Virus record (IMG/VR): IMGVR_UViG_3300038828_000048
Span: 32,001-96,000 of that record
Source: a virus
Lineage: Duplodnaviria; Caudoviricetes
Strand: one strand, 5' to 3'
DNA: 64,000 nt
A model generated the notes under the pieces. That model worked only from the letters and a program-made list of their open reading frames with translations, searched no databases and had not been told where the DNA came from. Every line of letters begins with the position of its first letter. The first letter of the stretch is position 1. This document shows, piece by piece, positions 48,001-58,600 of the stretch. A program made the position numbers and the translations under genes.

Positions 48001-50102
48001 TTACTACAGCAAAAGGATTAGTTGGTGATAGATTTATATCACCATATAGTTATATTAAAACATCTTGGGTATCAGATAAAGTAGGGAATAAATTTCCTAT
48101 TTCTAATATGGTTGCTGGTAAAGAAGATAGATGTCATTGTGATAATCCAGAAGATGCTATTCATTCTCTTATAGGAAAGTGGTTTTTGACAGAATTACCT
48201 ACTGAAAATGATAAAGCTAATGCTAAAAATTGGGCAGGTACACACACCCCAGGAGATGCACGATCTAAACAATGGAGTGAATCATTTGGAGTAGGTAGTG
48301 AATCGCAATATTATTATCCAGGAACATTAACACATCTTAATACCTTTACTGGAGAAAGCGAAGCAAATCCTTTTATGGTACAGCGTTCAGATAGTTTAGC
48401 TGAACAACGATACCCATATATAAAAACACAATATTTCTTAGAAGCAACTAAACATCCTTGCGAAGATTCTTATTTATCGCAGTTTAGTAGAAGAATAGAA
48501 CAACCATCTGCTGGAGAAAGAATGATAAAAATTTTAATTGATAGTTTAATAAATTTAGGTTTATTAGGTGGTCAAATGATTGATATATTAAATCCAGAAA
48601 GTGCATTAGAATCTATAGGAGATATTACTACTTTCCCAATAACAGTAATTATTTATTTCTTATTATCAAAAGTATTATTTACTAATGATTTTATAGATGA
48701 ATTTTTAGGATTACCTCAATGTAAAATGGATAGTGAAGGTGGTTTAGATTATAAAATCGAAGGATATCACAAGAATTTTAATAAATATTCATTTATATTC
48801 TCACAAAAAAGAAATCTCTATCAATATAGAGGTATGCAAGAATTTACTAATTGTGGATGTAATAAATCTAATATAGATATTGTTTATATTTCTGATAAAC
48901 AAGTTGAAACAAGTTTTATTGATAGTTATAAATCAGTTAGACCAGGAAATTACTTTGTGTTAAATCAAGGTGATGGTAAGTTAATTGATATATTTACTGG
49001 TGTAAATGGTGGTTTATTTGCACATACAACAGATTCTATTTTATCTTTAATTGAACCACAAACACGAACTAGTACTAATGGAATATTTGATATAATTACT
49101 GGTAATAAAAAAATATATCCTGTACGAATATTAGGATCATCTTATGAAGGACATGCTGGTATTTTAAATAGATCACACGCAATTGATTCTCGTTATGGTA
49201 GATTTTTTATTGATTATGAAGCTGATGAGTTATTTTTGTTTAATGGTCGTGGTGTAGAACCTTTAAGTAAAGATAAAGGAGTAGCTACACTGTTTAAAAA
49301 TTATACGAAATACTGTGAACCAAAAGCTTGTAGAGATGAATATACTGGACAACATTATACATTAGGTATTGATCCTCGATTCCATAGATTATTAATCACT
49401 AAATCTGATGATAAAAAATCATGGACAATATCATATGATTTATTAGATAATTACTTTGTTTCATTTCACTCTTATATACCTAGAAAATATCTATTTACTA
49501 GAGAAGATATGTATGCGTTATACGATAATAAACTTTATTCTTTCAAAAAAACACAAGATATTGAATCAAAATATAATAATTATTTTGAAAAACAATATGG
49601 GTTTTATATAGATGTAAAAAGTGTTATAGGATTTCGTACTACTTATGCATCTCATATAATTAGAACCAATATGGAGAAGAATGTAGATGGTAATTTATAT
49701 AAAAATATATTTCAAAGTTTTGATAAAGTATCGTTCTGGGGATCTAATCAAACAGGTGGTGTTCATTTTTTAGATAATAAACTAGTAATTGATAGAGAAA
49801 ATGATTTAAATTTGCAGGATAATTATGGTGTAATACCTATAGATTATATCGATGGTGAGTTTAGATTTAGTGAGTTTTACGATTATACAGATGTAGAAGG
49901 TAATCCTGTAATTAAAAAAGAGAAATGTTTACCATTTATAGAACCAATAAATTATGCGTGTGTAGGTAGAGATTCTCAAAATTGGAGTAAAAGAGTAATT
50001 GCTGATAGTATGTTTTATACAAGATTAGAAAGAACAGAGTTATCAAATGCAAAGTTATATATTAAAACAATGATACTTCATCATAATCATAAAATGAGGT
50101 AA
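45081..50102 (+). CDS. Tail stabilisation/muzzle protein
   Basis: FNKGMHMD...PEGTY..GMN start, IRHHKLPD, GDRFIS, WTISYDL...FVSFHSYIP; follows the tubular protein. Confidence 0.88.
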   Translation: MDDKPIISIFNKGMHMDAQYSVQPEGTYPIGMNIINRDEYQSSFKSNEHGTIKLEEFPDVIGDVFMKDLNETTFITKDGSIKIFNYDQNKKIDVASFAEFGCPMEVKDCEYINVRYTKKGCDSYLHWSSNNIYYWVNLSELRDPKRKESLIKKLNGGDCKDCNTGCDYFKIFRPKNEPKSKLDSHQYGGSLPAGTYVTVPRLINEDKTYTNWGVPSRTVHVGSEHNIPGEESTGRLSITYDNLDCNYSKIEIVVIYYNGSTITARSNEYYYSKDSFTVEYHQLQGTDILIDEILIKSQVNLEGSDLFNYDGMMYYFGIKPRKEYNIQKIASKVTVKWIAEKYTLEDAKRYNIKTLPYGESIALGLVINHDDGSHSYVGHIPCGGAGSSSLSIDLGSSTSNNSLTGNTGSGGKSLDINSSSGSTGTGSGSGSGSTGSALGNISIQKQGEYKRTRTAIPDTPSDLSNNDELIDIEKQLIESYTTDVLDLVNVIRPACSCQGYTPPDPPIEGCCPPPPDELNQFCNVCNGHKDADLVLKDIQTAEKIGVKWLSILGDYIGRDGKTDLKLDFKPNTIKEVALDIIDAIKKRERVIIEKTIYKVTKNVSYGGGSNSSSINSLTGFAPTSNPQTPSYPNGIIVATGSTKCKVESREYPCIRDCYGNPIYEGLTGSKIRHHKLPDETELTFFESKSIGVPSIATPDADEYADHYGVYLGLIFENIIIDYDDYYKVTGKKVSKTKPFNIVQAELNYSNKTILTKGLMLSNYVSSNQGKEYDYQPHAVNSMERVNKYIDINDSRWDPGAGPSNTVCMYSLDQQVLQPSIAGATKLKILGRMTGNGFRHYLYTKGKKVDNATFGRRIDRAGCVSATNLSTFSAKSADYDVTFYKYIKGGLDSVEAPGPGATRPLMNKYGQDCLWIGLNSSYSVKDDSFVGDVLDHKAPLYAEGDYAVLYRDLPDQYGSLETINYIPILEADGDVTTAKGLVGDRFISPYSYIKTSWVSDKVGNKFPISNMVAGKEDRCHCDNPEDAIHSLIGKWFLTELPTENDKANAKNWAGTHTPGDARSKQWSESFGVGSESQYYYPGTLTHLNTFTGESEANPFMVQRSDSLAEQRYPYIKTQYFLEATKHPCEDSYLSQFSRRIEQPSAGERMIKILIDSLINLGLLGGQMIDILNPESALESIGDITTFPITVIIYFLLSKVLFTNDFIDEFLGLPQCKMDSEGGLDYKIEGYHKNFNKYSFIFSQKRNLYQYRGMQEFTNCGCNKSNIDIVYISDKQVETSFIDSYKSVRPGNYFVLNQGDGKLIDIFTGVNGGLFAHTTDSILSLIEPQTRTSTNGIFDIITGNKKIYPVRILGSSYEGHAGILNRSHAIDSRYGRFFIDYEADELFLFNGRGVEPLSKDKGVATLFKNYTKYCEPKACRDEYTGQHYTLGIDPRFHRLLITKSDDKKSWTISYDLLDNYFVSFHSYIPRKYLFTREDMYALYDNKLYSFKKTQDIESKYNNYFEKQYGFYIDVKSVIGFRTTYASHIIRTNMEKNVDGNLYKNIFQSFDKVSFWGSNQTGGVHFLDNKLVIDRENDLNLQDNYGVIPIDYIDGEFRFSEFYDYTDVEGNPVIKKEKCLPFIEPINYACVGRDSQNWSKRVIADSMFYTRLERTELSNAKLYIKTMILHHNHKMR

Positions 50103-50119
50103 TAAAACAATAATCTGAT

Positions 50120-52378
50120 ATGAATCCTATAAGAAAAAAAATAAAACATTTAATTCCATCTTATCAATTTGGAGGAGATACTAATTTTTTCGATTATTTT
50201 AAATCTATTGTACCAAAAATAAAAAGTTATCAAGGTCAAACTAATGGTGAATCTAATTTATACTCGGATGATTCTCAAAAATACTATGCTAATTTGTTAC
50301 GTGTAAATAATTTAGCAGTTAATAATTTACTTGATATACCTAATAGTACCGCAAAATATACAGATAGAGGTACTCAGCGAGAACAAGTAAACGGAGTATC
50401 ACAAAATATATTGGATGATCCTAATTCTACATCTATACGAGATATTTTAGATGCAAATTATGGAGAACTAAATACTGTTTATGGAAATGGTCGTAATGAT
50501 CCATCCAAACCAGGAGAATATTATGAGAAATATCAACCTAAAAAGAATGCAGCTCTAACTGGATTTTATTCTGATTTAGATAAGCAAAGAACAAATCAGA
50601 TGTTAGAAACAGGTGCTAACATTTTTTCTTTAATGAAAGGTCAGGAAACTTATGACAATAAACCAAAAGAATCTTTTGATACAACAAATACAGGATCTTT
50701 CGGTTATAGGTTTCAATTTGGTGGGAATAATAATAATTCATCTTATGATCAAATTCTCAAAAACATAGAATTGGATGCTGCAATTAAAAGTTTACCCGTA
50801 ACAAAACTTGTATCTGCAAACGATCGAAATAAAAAAATATATGATAAAGCTGGGGATCAATTGATATCAGATATAAATTATGTATTTAAAGATAAAAAAG
50901 CTCGTGCTAAAGCAGACCCTATGCTACAATATTTAGCTGAATCTGGAGTAGCTAAAAAGTTAGAGAAATTAGATAATAAGGATGTTTCTTATGTTAAAGA
51001 TACGGTTAATAAAACTGGATTTTTTAGTTTAGGAAATATTGGTGAATATAAAGATCTTTATAAATATATAAAATCAGAAACGGGTTTGACATCTGAAGAT
51101 GCTAAAGGTATTTTGGATAAAGCTATTGAAAAAGAATCATGGGTAAAAAGAGCTGCTATAAAGACAGCTATAAAACCATTTTTACAATATGGAGGTAAAT
51201 TAGATCAACAATCAAATACAGTATTTAATTCTTTAAAATCTAAAGGTTATTTAGAAAATTTTGATACAAATAGTTTTAATCGTTTATCTAAAGAAGAACA
51301 AGATATTCTTTTCAAAAAAGCAGCTTTAGATTTTAATAGTAAACAAAAAATACCCCAAGGAGAAATAATTCAAGAAATTAGAACTCCTTTAATTGCACAA
51401 ATAGATAGTTCTAATATGAGCGCTGATCAAGGTAATTTTGAACAACAGTTTGCTAAAGCAAGAAAAGAAGGATTGGTTGAATTTGAATATAATGGTAAAA
51501 AAATAGCTGTTAAACTTAATCCTAATAGTAAAAAATCAATAGTTTTATCGGAAAAACCTAATTATAAAGTTGATAATTCATCTATAATTGGATATGCTAA
51601 AGATATATTAGCTAATAAACAATATGGTGGTAGCTTTGTAAACAAAACAGGATATACCCCTGGTACTGAATCATATAATAATCCATTTAATATAATTCCT
51701 GGAAATGATATAACCATGTCACAAACTCCTTTTCCTGTATTAGCTAAACCTAATGTTGGAAAACCTGTTGTAATGATTCCAGGTAGAGATTATAAATTTC
51801 CTGGTGCTAGTTCTGTAACAGAAATACCATATAAACAATTTGGTGGTATTAGTGCAAACAATATCGAACAAGTATATAAAGTAGCTAATCAAATGAATCA
51901 AATTGCTAGCAACCCTAATACAAATGGTTTAAATGATTTTGTTGAAAGATTAAATGGTATAGCTGCAAATAATAATGTTAAACCTATACCAAATAGATAT
52001 AATCAAGATGAGCTTGCTGAAATGATTTATACAAGTATTGATAGTAATGCAAATATGAATCCTAATGATGTACAGTATCGACGTGATAAAATGGGTGCTG
52101 AGTTAAATTTACAAGTTAAACCCATAACAGGATTTAAATTAGCAAAAGGTGGTACACAGAAAGTTGCAGAATATCAACAAATGCTTAAAGATAGCGGATT
52201 TAATATAACGGTTGATGGTGCATGGGGAAAAAATACTCAAGCAGCTTATGAAATATTTACTGGTAAAAAAGCACCTAGTAAAACAGCAATAAAAGAAGGT
52301 AAAGCAAAAGTTGCAAGTAATATATCAAAATCAAATAATTTACTAGCACCAATTCCTTTTAAACAAATGATATTTTAA
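50120..52378 (+). CDS. Virion cargo/ejection protein with repeated Q(F/Y)GG motifs and a C-terminal peptidoglycan-binding-like domain
   Basis: Five Q(F/Y)GG motifs; VAEYQQML..SGF...VDGAWGKNTQAA resembles PG_binding_1. Confidence 0.7.
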   Translation: MNPIRKKIKHLIPSYQFGGDTNFFDYFKSIVPKIKSYQGQTNGESNLYSDDSQKYYANLLRVNNLAVNNLLDIPNSTAKYTDRGTQREQVNGVSQNILDDPNSTSIRDILDANYGELNTVYGNGRNDPSKPGEYYEKYQPKKNAALTGFYSDLDKQRTNQMLETGANIFSLMKGQETYDNKPKESFDTTNTGSFGYRFQFGGNNNNSSYDQILKNIELDAAIKSLPVTKLVSANDRNKKIYDKAGDQLISDINYVFKDKKARAKADPMLQYLAESGVAKKLEKLDNKDVSYVKDTVNKTGFFSLGNIGEYKDLYKYIKSETGLTSEDAKGILDKAIEKESWVKRAAIKTAIKPFLQYGGKLDQQSNTVFNSLKSKGYLENFDTNSFNRLSKEEQDILFKKAALDFNSKQKIPQGEIIQEIRTPLIAQIDSSNMSADQGNFEQQFAKARKEGLVEFEYNGKKIAVKLNPNSKKSIVLSEKPNYKVDNSSIIGYAKDILANKQYGGSFVNKTGYTPGTESYNNPFNIIPGNDITMSQTPFPVLAKPNVGKPVVMIPGRDYKFPGASSVTEIPYKQFGGISANNIEQVYKVANQMNQIASNPNTNGLNDFVERLNGIAANNNVKPIPNRYNQDELAEMIYTSIDSNANMNPNDVQYRRDKMGAELNLQVKPITGFKLAKGGTQKVAEYQQMLKDSGFNITVDGAWGKNTQAAYEIFTGKKAPSKTAIKEGKAKVASNISKSNNLLAPIPFKQMIF

Positions 52379-52387
52379 TAATAAGAT

Positions 52388-54100
52388 ATGATAGCGAATA
52401 TAAATAAATTTCCTCTTAAACCATTACAAGCAGAGATAAATGAATGGATATTTACTCCTGATGGATCATTGGTGAAATCCAATGCAAAGAAGAAACATTC
52501 TCAGATGGATGGTGATATAAAAACTGATATAGCACCAACAGAATCTTATGTTTTTTCTAATGATCCTACAATGACTATTTCTAAAGAGGATGCAAAAAAT
52601 ATAATATATGGTTCTGAATATTTTAATTATGTAGAAGGTAAAAATGGAAAATTACCTAAAGATTTAAGTTTCGATAAATTCGTATCTGGTAATAAAAGCA
52701 CAGTAGCAGAAATAGCAAAAAATATCGCAAAAACATATAAAGTTCTTGATGATGAAATTCATATTGACAATCCATTTGTACGACGTGCTAATGAATTTAA
52801 CAAGGAAACTCGTCAGAAACCTATACAAATTGCTATTCAAATTAATGAGCATTTACGTCCAAAAACAGAAGAAGAATTGTATCAACAAGCATCAGGACAA
52901 GTAGCACAACCACAACAAGAATCAATGCAACAATCCGAATCACAAACTCCGCAATATAAATACGGTGGATATCATAGAGCATTAGAACAATATCAAAGTG
53001 GTGGTGAAATCCTTAGTGGTTTAGGTTCTGGTGCAGCAGCAGGTACAGCTATCGCACCTGGTATTGGAACAGTTATAGGTGGAGTAATAGGAGGTATCGG
53101 TTCTCTAATAACAGGTTCTAGTAGTAGAAAGAAAGCTAAACAAGCAGAAGCAGAGCGATTAGCAATGATTGCAAAGCTTAAAGAGAACAATGAAAAAAGT
53201 TACATGGGGTTAAATGCAGCTACATTTGCAAAAGCAGCAACTCCATTACCCAAATATGATTATCTTAATTTAGATGAGAATATAGATTTAGTTAATAATA
53301 GTTATGATAGTATTATTAACAGAAAAGATTCAGATTATCAAAGTGCATTGAATTTAGGTAATGCTGCACAAACATCAGCATTAAGAGCATTAACAGCAGC
53401 AGGAGCATCTCCAGATGAAATTAATGCACAATTAGCTGGATTAAGAGCAAGTGGTATTAGTACATTAAATCAAATGTCCAAAGGAATAAATGATAAATTT
53501 GATAACCTTACACTTGCTAAAGCAAGAGAATTAGGAGATATTAAACGTACTATTGCAGGAGATACTCAACAGGGTAGAAATATTACTGCAAATAATAGAT
53601 ATAATAGAAATCAAAATGTAATTGGAGAATTTGGTAATAATTATCAAACTAGTTTAAATGATGATGAGAATTTAATTATTCAAGATTATAGCACTAAAGA
53701 AGCTCTTAGGAGAGGTTCAGCAGCAGAATCAGCACAAGCACAAGGAGCATTTCAAAATGGATTGTTATCTGTAGGATCTGCTGGAGCAGGATATAAAAGT
53801 GCATTACAAGATACTGAGTTATTTAATCTTAATAAACAGTATATGAATAATTTGATTTCTGGTAGAACAGTACAACCAGCTACTATTACACCTACTAGTA
53901 CTTTACCAAATACTATAAAACAACCATCAATAGCATTGCCTACTTCATATGGATCTTATATTAATCTATTTACACAAACTCCTGGTGAAAGTGTGAATAG
54001 AGGTACACAAGAATATTATAATGGATTACCAGTATATGTTGATTCAAGAACAAATAGAAAATACGTTTTGAGTTCAACAGGAGAAATCCTTTTCATTTAA
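52388..54100 (+). CDS. Virion cargo/ejection protein
   Basis: AE.NE...PDG...H...YVFSN N-terminal pattern; Gly-zipper GAAAGTAIAPGIGTVIGGVIGGIG; Ala/Gln-rich helices. Confidence 0.72.
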   Translation: MIANINKFPLKPLQAEINEWIFTPDGSLVKSNAKKKHSQMDGDIKTDIAPTESYVFSNDPTMTISKEDAKNIIYGSEYFNYVEGKNGKLPKDLSFDKFVSGNKSTVAEIAKNIAKTYKVLDDEIHIDNPFVRRANEFNKETRQKPIQIAIQINEHLRPKTEEELYQQASGQVAQPQQESMQQSESQTPQYKYGGYHRALEQYQSGGEILSGLGSGAAAGTAIAPGIGTVIGGVIGGIGSLITGSSSRKKAKQAEAERLAMIAKLKENNEKSYMGLNAATFAKAATPLPKYDYLNLDENIDLVNNSYDSIINRKDSDYQSALNLGNAAQTSALRALTAAGASPDEINAQLAGLRASGISTLNQMSKGINDKFDNLTLAKARELGDIKRTIAGDTQQGRNITANNRYNRNQNVIGEFGNNYQTSLNDDENLIIQDYSTKEALRRGSAAESAQAQGAFQNGLLSVGSAGAGYKSALQDTELFNLNKQYMNNLISGRTVQPATITPTSTLPNTIKQPSIALPTSYGSYINLFTQTPGESVNRGTQEYYNGLPVYVDSRTNRKYVLSSTGEILFI

Positions 54101-54110
54101 AAATAATCTC

Positions 54111-55523
54111 ATGATATTAACTAAAAAAATACCATCGTATTTAATACCTAGATTCCAACAAGGTGGTTTGGTGTTTAGAGATAATTTATATACCCAACCA
54201 AATGATTTAGGTCGAGTATCTAATATATTAATTACTCCAAGATCTCAAGGATATGAAGAAACAAATAATACTCTACATAATATTCAACAAGAAAGACAGC
54301 TTCGTAGTGCAGAAATGCAAAATAAAAATGAAGTTGTAAATTCTATTATTAGGAATAAAATTCAAACTGATGAAGCAGAAATGAAAAAGAAACAGTATGA
54401 AGATGCAAATCTTCGTTATATACTAAAAGAACGAGCTGATTATGTAGATAAGTTAACAGGGGATGATTTAGATCCTATATTTAATCCTAAAATAAAAGTA
54501 TTACAAGAAAAACATGGTATAGCTAAAGATCGTCCATTAACAATGGATGGATTAGCTGAACAACAAAAAGCAATTTTTGCATACTATAGTGATCCAGAGT
54601 ATAAAAATATCAAAGAATACTCTACACTAATAAAACATGTAAGTACAGAAGCAGAAAAAGTAAATGCAACACTTAATAATTATAAACTAAAAGATCCAAA
54701 AGGGTTTATGGATTATAATCTTAATGATTATGGTAATAAACTAAGAACATTAAGACAAAATCTTATTCAAATAGGTGATGGAGATTTTACAAAAGATGGA
54801 GTATTGGATCAGAATGATATGAATATATTAAAGAATAGTTATTCTGAACTTACAAACATGAATATCGAATTAACCCCACAAGCACAAAAAAGAATTAATT
54901 ATGAAAGAGATGTAGAGATGCAAAAACAAGAAGCAACTTTACAAATACAACAATTAAAGAATAGAAAAACTACAATAGATGTAAAATTAGCAGAAGAACA
55001 AATGAAAGCTCTTGAAGATTTTACAAAAGTAATATCAGATCCAAACTCTACTGATGATGACAAAATAAGAGCTAAAGATATTTTAGCAGCAGCTAATAAG
55101 AAAATTAAAGATATTAGTGGTTTTGATCAATCATCTGGAGAAGCTCCTAAAAATGAATCAGAATTGTTATATAGAGCTGGACAAGGAGATCCAGCAGCTA
55201 TAAAAGCGTTACAATGGAAACAAGCGGCAGAAGTACAATTAAAATCTACTCCTACATATAGTAATAGTAGAAGTAGTAGTAATAATGATTTTAATTATAA
55301 TGCTGATGGTTCTGGTAAATCACATAAAAGCAATAAATCAGGTGATAAAATATACAACGGATATGCGTTAGATAAAGATGGGAGATTTAAATATGGTAAG
55401 TATGGTCCAAATGGATGGTTGATACCACCTACTCAAAGTGCTAAATCTAGAGGAGGAAAAACATATAACAATGTTGTGGATGAAAAAACAAATCTAGTGA
55501 TGAACGCTCTTGACGGGATATAA
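54111..55523 (+). CDS. Virion cargo/ejection protein
   Basis: RFQQGG near the N-terminus; helical; position before the giant gene. Confidence 0.65.
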   Translation: MILTKKIPSYLIPRFQQGGLVFRDNLYTQPNDLGRVSNILITPRSQGYEETNNTLHNIQQERQLRSAEMQNKNEVVNSIIRNKIQTDEAEMKKKQYEDANLRYILKERADYVDKLTGDDLDPIFNPKIKVLQEKHGIAKDRPLTMDGLAEQQKAIFAYYSDPEYKNIKEYSTLIKHVSTEAEKVNATLNNYKLKDPKGFMDYNLNDYGNKLRTLRQNLIQIGDGDFTKDGVLDQNDMNILKNSYSELTNMNIELTPQAQKRINYERDVEMQKQEATLQIQQLKNRKTTIDVKLAEEQMKALEDFTKVISDPNSTDDDKIRAKDILAAANKKIKDISGFDQSSGEAPKNESELLYRAGQGDPAAIKALQWKQAAEVQLKSTPTYSNSRSSSNNDFNYNADGSGKSHKSNKSGDKIYNGYALDKDGRFKYGKYGPNGWLIPPTQSAKSRGGKTYNNVVDEKTNLVMNALDGI

Positions 55524-55555
55524 TAAAATAATTTTAAAGAATATTTTATAACTAT

Positions 55556-55589
55556 AAGATATTGATATTGTTTAATATCAATATCTTTG
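55556..55589 (+). promoter_or_regulatory. 14-bp inverted repeat overlapping a -7 promoter box
   Basis: AAGATATTGATATT (55556-55569) / AATATCAATATCTT (55574-55587); TATCTTTG at 55582-55589. Confidence 0.55.
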
Positions 55590-55613
55590 TGTTTATATTA
55601 AAAATTGTTTATT

Positions 55614-58600
55614 ATGGCTGATACTCAGAATCCAACAGATACTTCATTCAATGATCCATCAAACAACCCAGAAGGAGTAATCCCAAAACTCTATTCTTTA
55701 GATAAAGATTTATATACAAGTAAAGGTGTTAGTTTAGATGATTTTACTTTAGCAATGAGCAATCCTGCTGTTCAAAACAAAGTATTTAATAAACATATCG
55801 ATAAATTTGCTGCAAAAAAAGTTACATTTAGAGATTTTCAATCATCACTTAATATTGAACCATCTAGAGAAAAAGGATCTCTTAAAGATTATATCTATCA
55901 ATTAGAGCATGATCCTAAAAAAGGATATTATTCGTTTAATCCTGATAGTAAATCAGGAGCAGTTGGTGGATATCAAATTATTTATGATAATAATGTCGAA
56001 GAAAAAAATAAGCAAAAATATGGTGTAAATAGAGATCAATTTTTATCAAATCCATTTGTTCAAGAAGAATACATGAGTGATAGAATAAATGATGAATATA
56101 TACCAAACTTAGATGCATTAAAAGAAATAAATAAAGCAAAAGGAAATAAATATAATGATTATGAATTAGCATATCTTATACACCATGAAGGTCTTGCTGG
56201 TGCAAAACATTTTCTTAAAAATGGTAAATCTCTACATGGTAGTGAAAAAGCATTAGAAAGTCAATTTGCAAAAGGTAGAACTTATTTAGAACAAGTACAA
56301 GCTCTTAGTGAAAATAAGATTGATAGTAATCCTAATCAAGATGAAGATAGTAAATTAGCTGAATATTATAAAGCTAATCCGAATACAGGTTCTAAAAGTT
56401 GGTTTAGTAACGCTATTCTTAGCACAGATTTATTTTTAGGAGATGTTAAGAAAACAAAAACTTTAGAAGATGGTACTGAAGTATATCTTAGGGATGGTGG
56501 TGAGAAAGTATATAAACTTCCAGATGGTAGAGTAGTTCGATCATTAACTGATAAAAATAATGCTGCATTAAAAGCAGGAAAAAATATAGTAACCGATACT
56601 ATGATTGGTGGAGTAATCGGTACAGCAGGTATGTTGTTTGGTGCAGCACGAGATATAGGTGAGAAATTAGCATATCATACAACAGATGGTAAAGCTGGTG
56701 ATAATAATTGGGATAGTGTATATAATAACGATCTTTCTGCATTTGCTAAAGATATGAAGCAAAGCTTGAAAATAAATAAACCCGATTTTACACCAGAAAG
56801 ATTGCAAAAAATTGATATAAAAGAAGGGGATGATGCGATAACTAAATTAAGTAAATACGTTAGTTATATTGCAGAGGAATCAGGAAACCCAGATTTTTGG
56901 TATAATGAAGGAGCACAAGGTATTTCTTCTATGTTAGAAATGAGGTTACCATCTATGTTTGTTGGAAAACTTGGTGGTAAAGCTGTTAAAGCTATAATGA
57001 AAAATGCAAACAATGTTGAAGATTTAACAAAACTACAAAAGATTGCAATAAAAGGAACCGAATACGTAACTTATTCAGCATTTAATGGAGCATTGGAATC
57101 CGCTATAGAAGCAGAAAGTATATATAAAACAGTTAAATCTGATCTATATGCTAAAAATAGTTTTCTCCCTGATGATAAACAATTATCTGATGATGAAATA
57201 AATAGAAAAGCATCTAAAAGAGCATCTAGTGGTTTTGTAGATAACTTTGCATTAATTAGTGGTTCTAATTTACTTGAAGCTGATAATTTAATGGGTAATC
57301 TTGGAGGAAGATCTTTTATGGGTAAAGCTGCTAAATTATTGCTTAAAGCTGGATTACAAGCTGGTGTTGAAGCTTTTCAAGAAGTTGGTCAATTTGGTAT
57401 AGAAAAATATGAAACTTCAAAATTAGATAAAAAAGATACTAAACACGAAGGAAATCTATTTCAAAGATTATATTCTGGTGCTGCTGAAACCATTTCTGGT
57501 GTTGCAGGAACTATTAAAGATGAATATGATAAAGGAAGTCCTGAGCTAGCAAAATCAGCGTTTTTAGGTGGTTTATTAGGTGGTGGTATGACAAGTGTTA
57601 CCCAGCTTACCAAAGAAGTAATAAATTATCCTATATCTAAAACTATTAATGAAACTGCTCCTGAATCTATATTAGATTTTTATCAAAAAGATGAAAATGG
57701 AAATATAAAATATAATGATAAAAATGAACCTGTTATAGATAAATCTGCATTATCAACATATCTATCTAAGGTAGATAATGATTATCAAAATATCGCTGCT
57801 AAAAATTTAGCAAATGAAATAGATGACAAGTTGGCAGCAGATGTTATAACAGCAGGATCGTTTGCTAGTTTTATACAAAAACATAAAGCAAAAGATAGAT
57901 CATCGGATCGGTTAAGAGAAGTATTTGATTCATACGCTTTAACAGATGAACAATACAATCTACTTGGTATTAGTAAAAGAAAAGATAAAAAGGAATATGT
58001 TGATGAGCGTAATTCTATGTTTGAAATAGGATTAAGAGCATATGACGAAATAAGTTCTATCAAACAAAAATTAACTCCTGATTCATTCAACAAAGCATTT
58101 GAACATTTTTATAAACAAAAGTTTGTATTTAGTAAGATTCAAAGTAATCAAGCAAAAATTGATAACTATGATGCACAAACACAATTGACTGATGTTGAAA
58201 GCGCAAATAGAGATAATTTAGTAAAAGAACAAGAACGATTAAATGGATTATTTACATTCTATGGTTCTTTAGTTAATTCAAGTATTGGTAAACAAACTAA
58301 AACAAAAGATAATAAAGATAATATTGGGGAAGATACATCTATTCCTAAAGATAAAGAAGATTTTGTGGAAGATAGTCCAAAAGATACTTCAAAAGATACT
58401 AAAAAAACAGAAGATCTTCCTTCTACACAACAAGAAAAAGAAGATCAAAAAGATGATTTATCTAAAGTAGAGATACCAGTACAAGATCCTATAGTAGATT
58501 CATCAAAAGTTGATTTTAAAACTGAACCTAAACCTTTGGTTACTGATGAAGAAGGAAATTTTCTATCACCAGATGAGTTAGACAGTAGTTCAGATATAGA

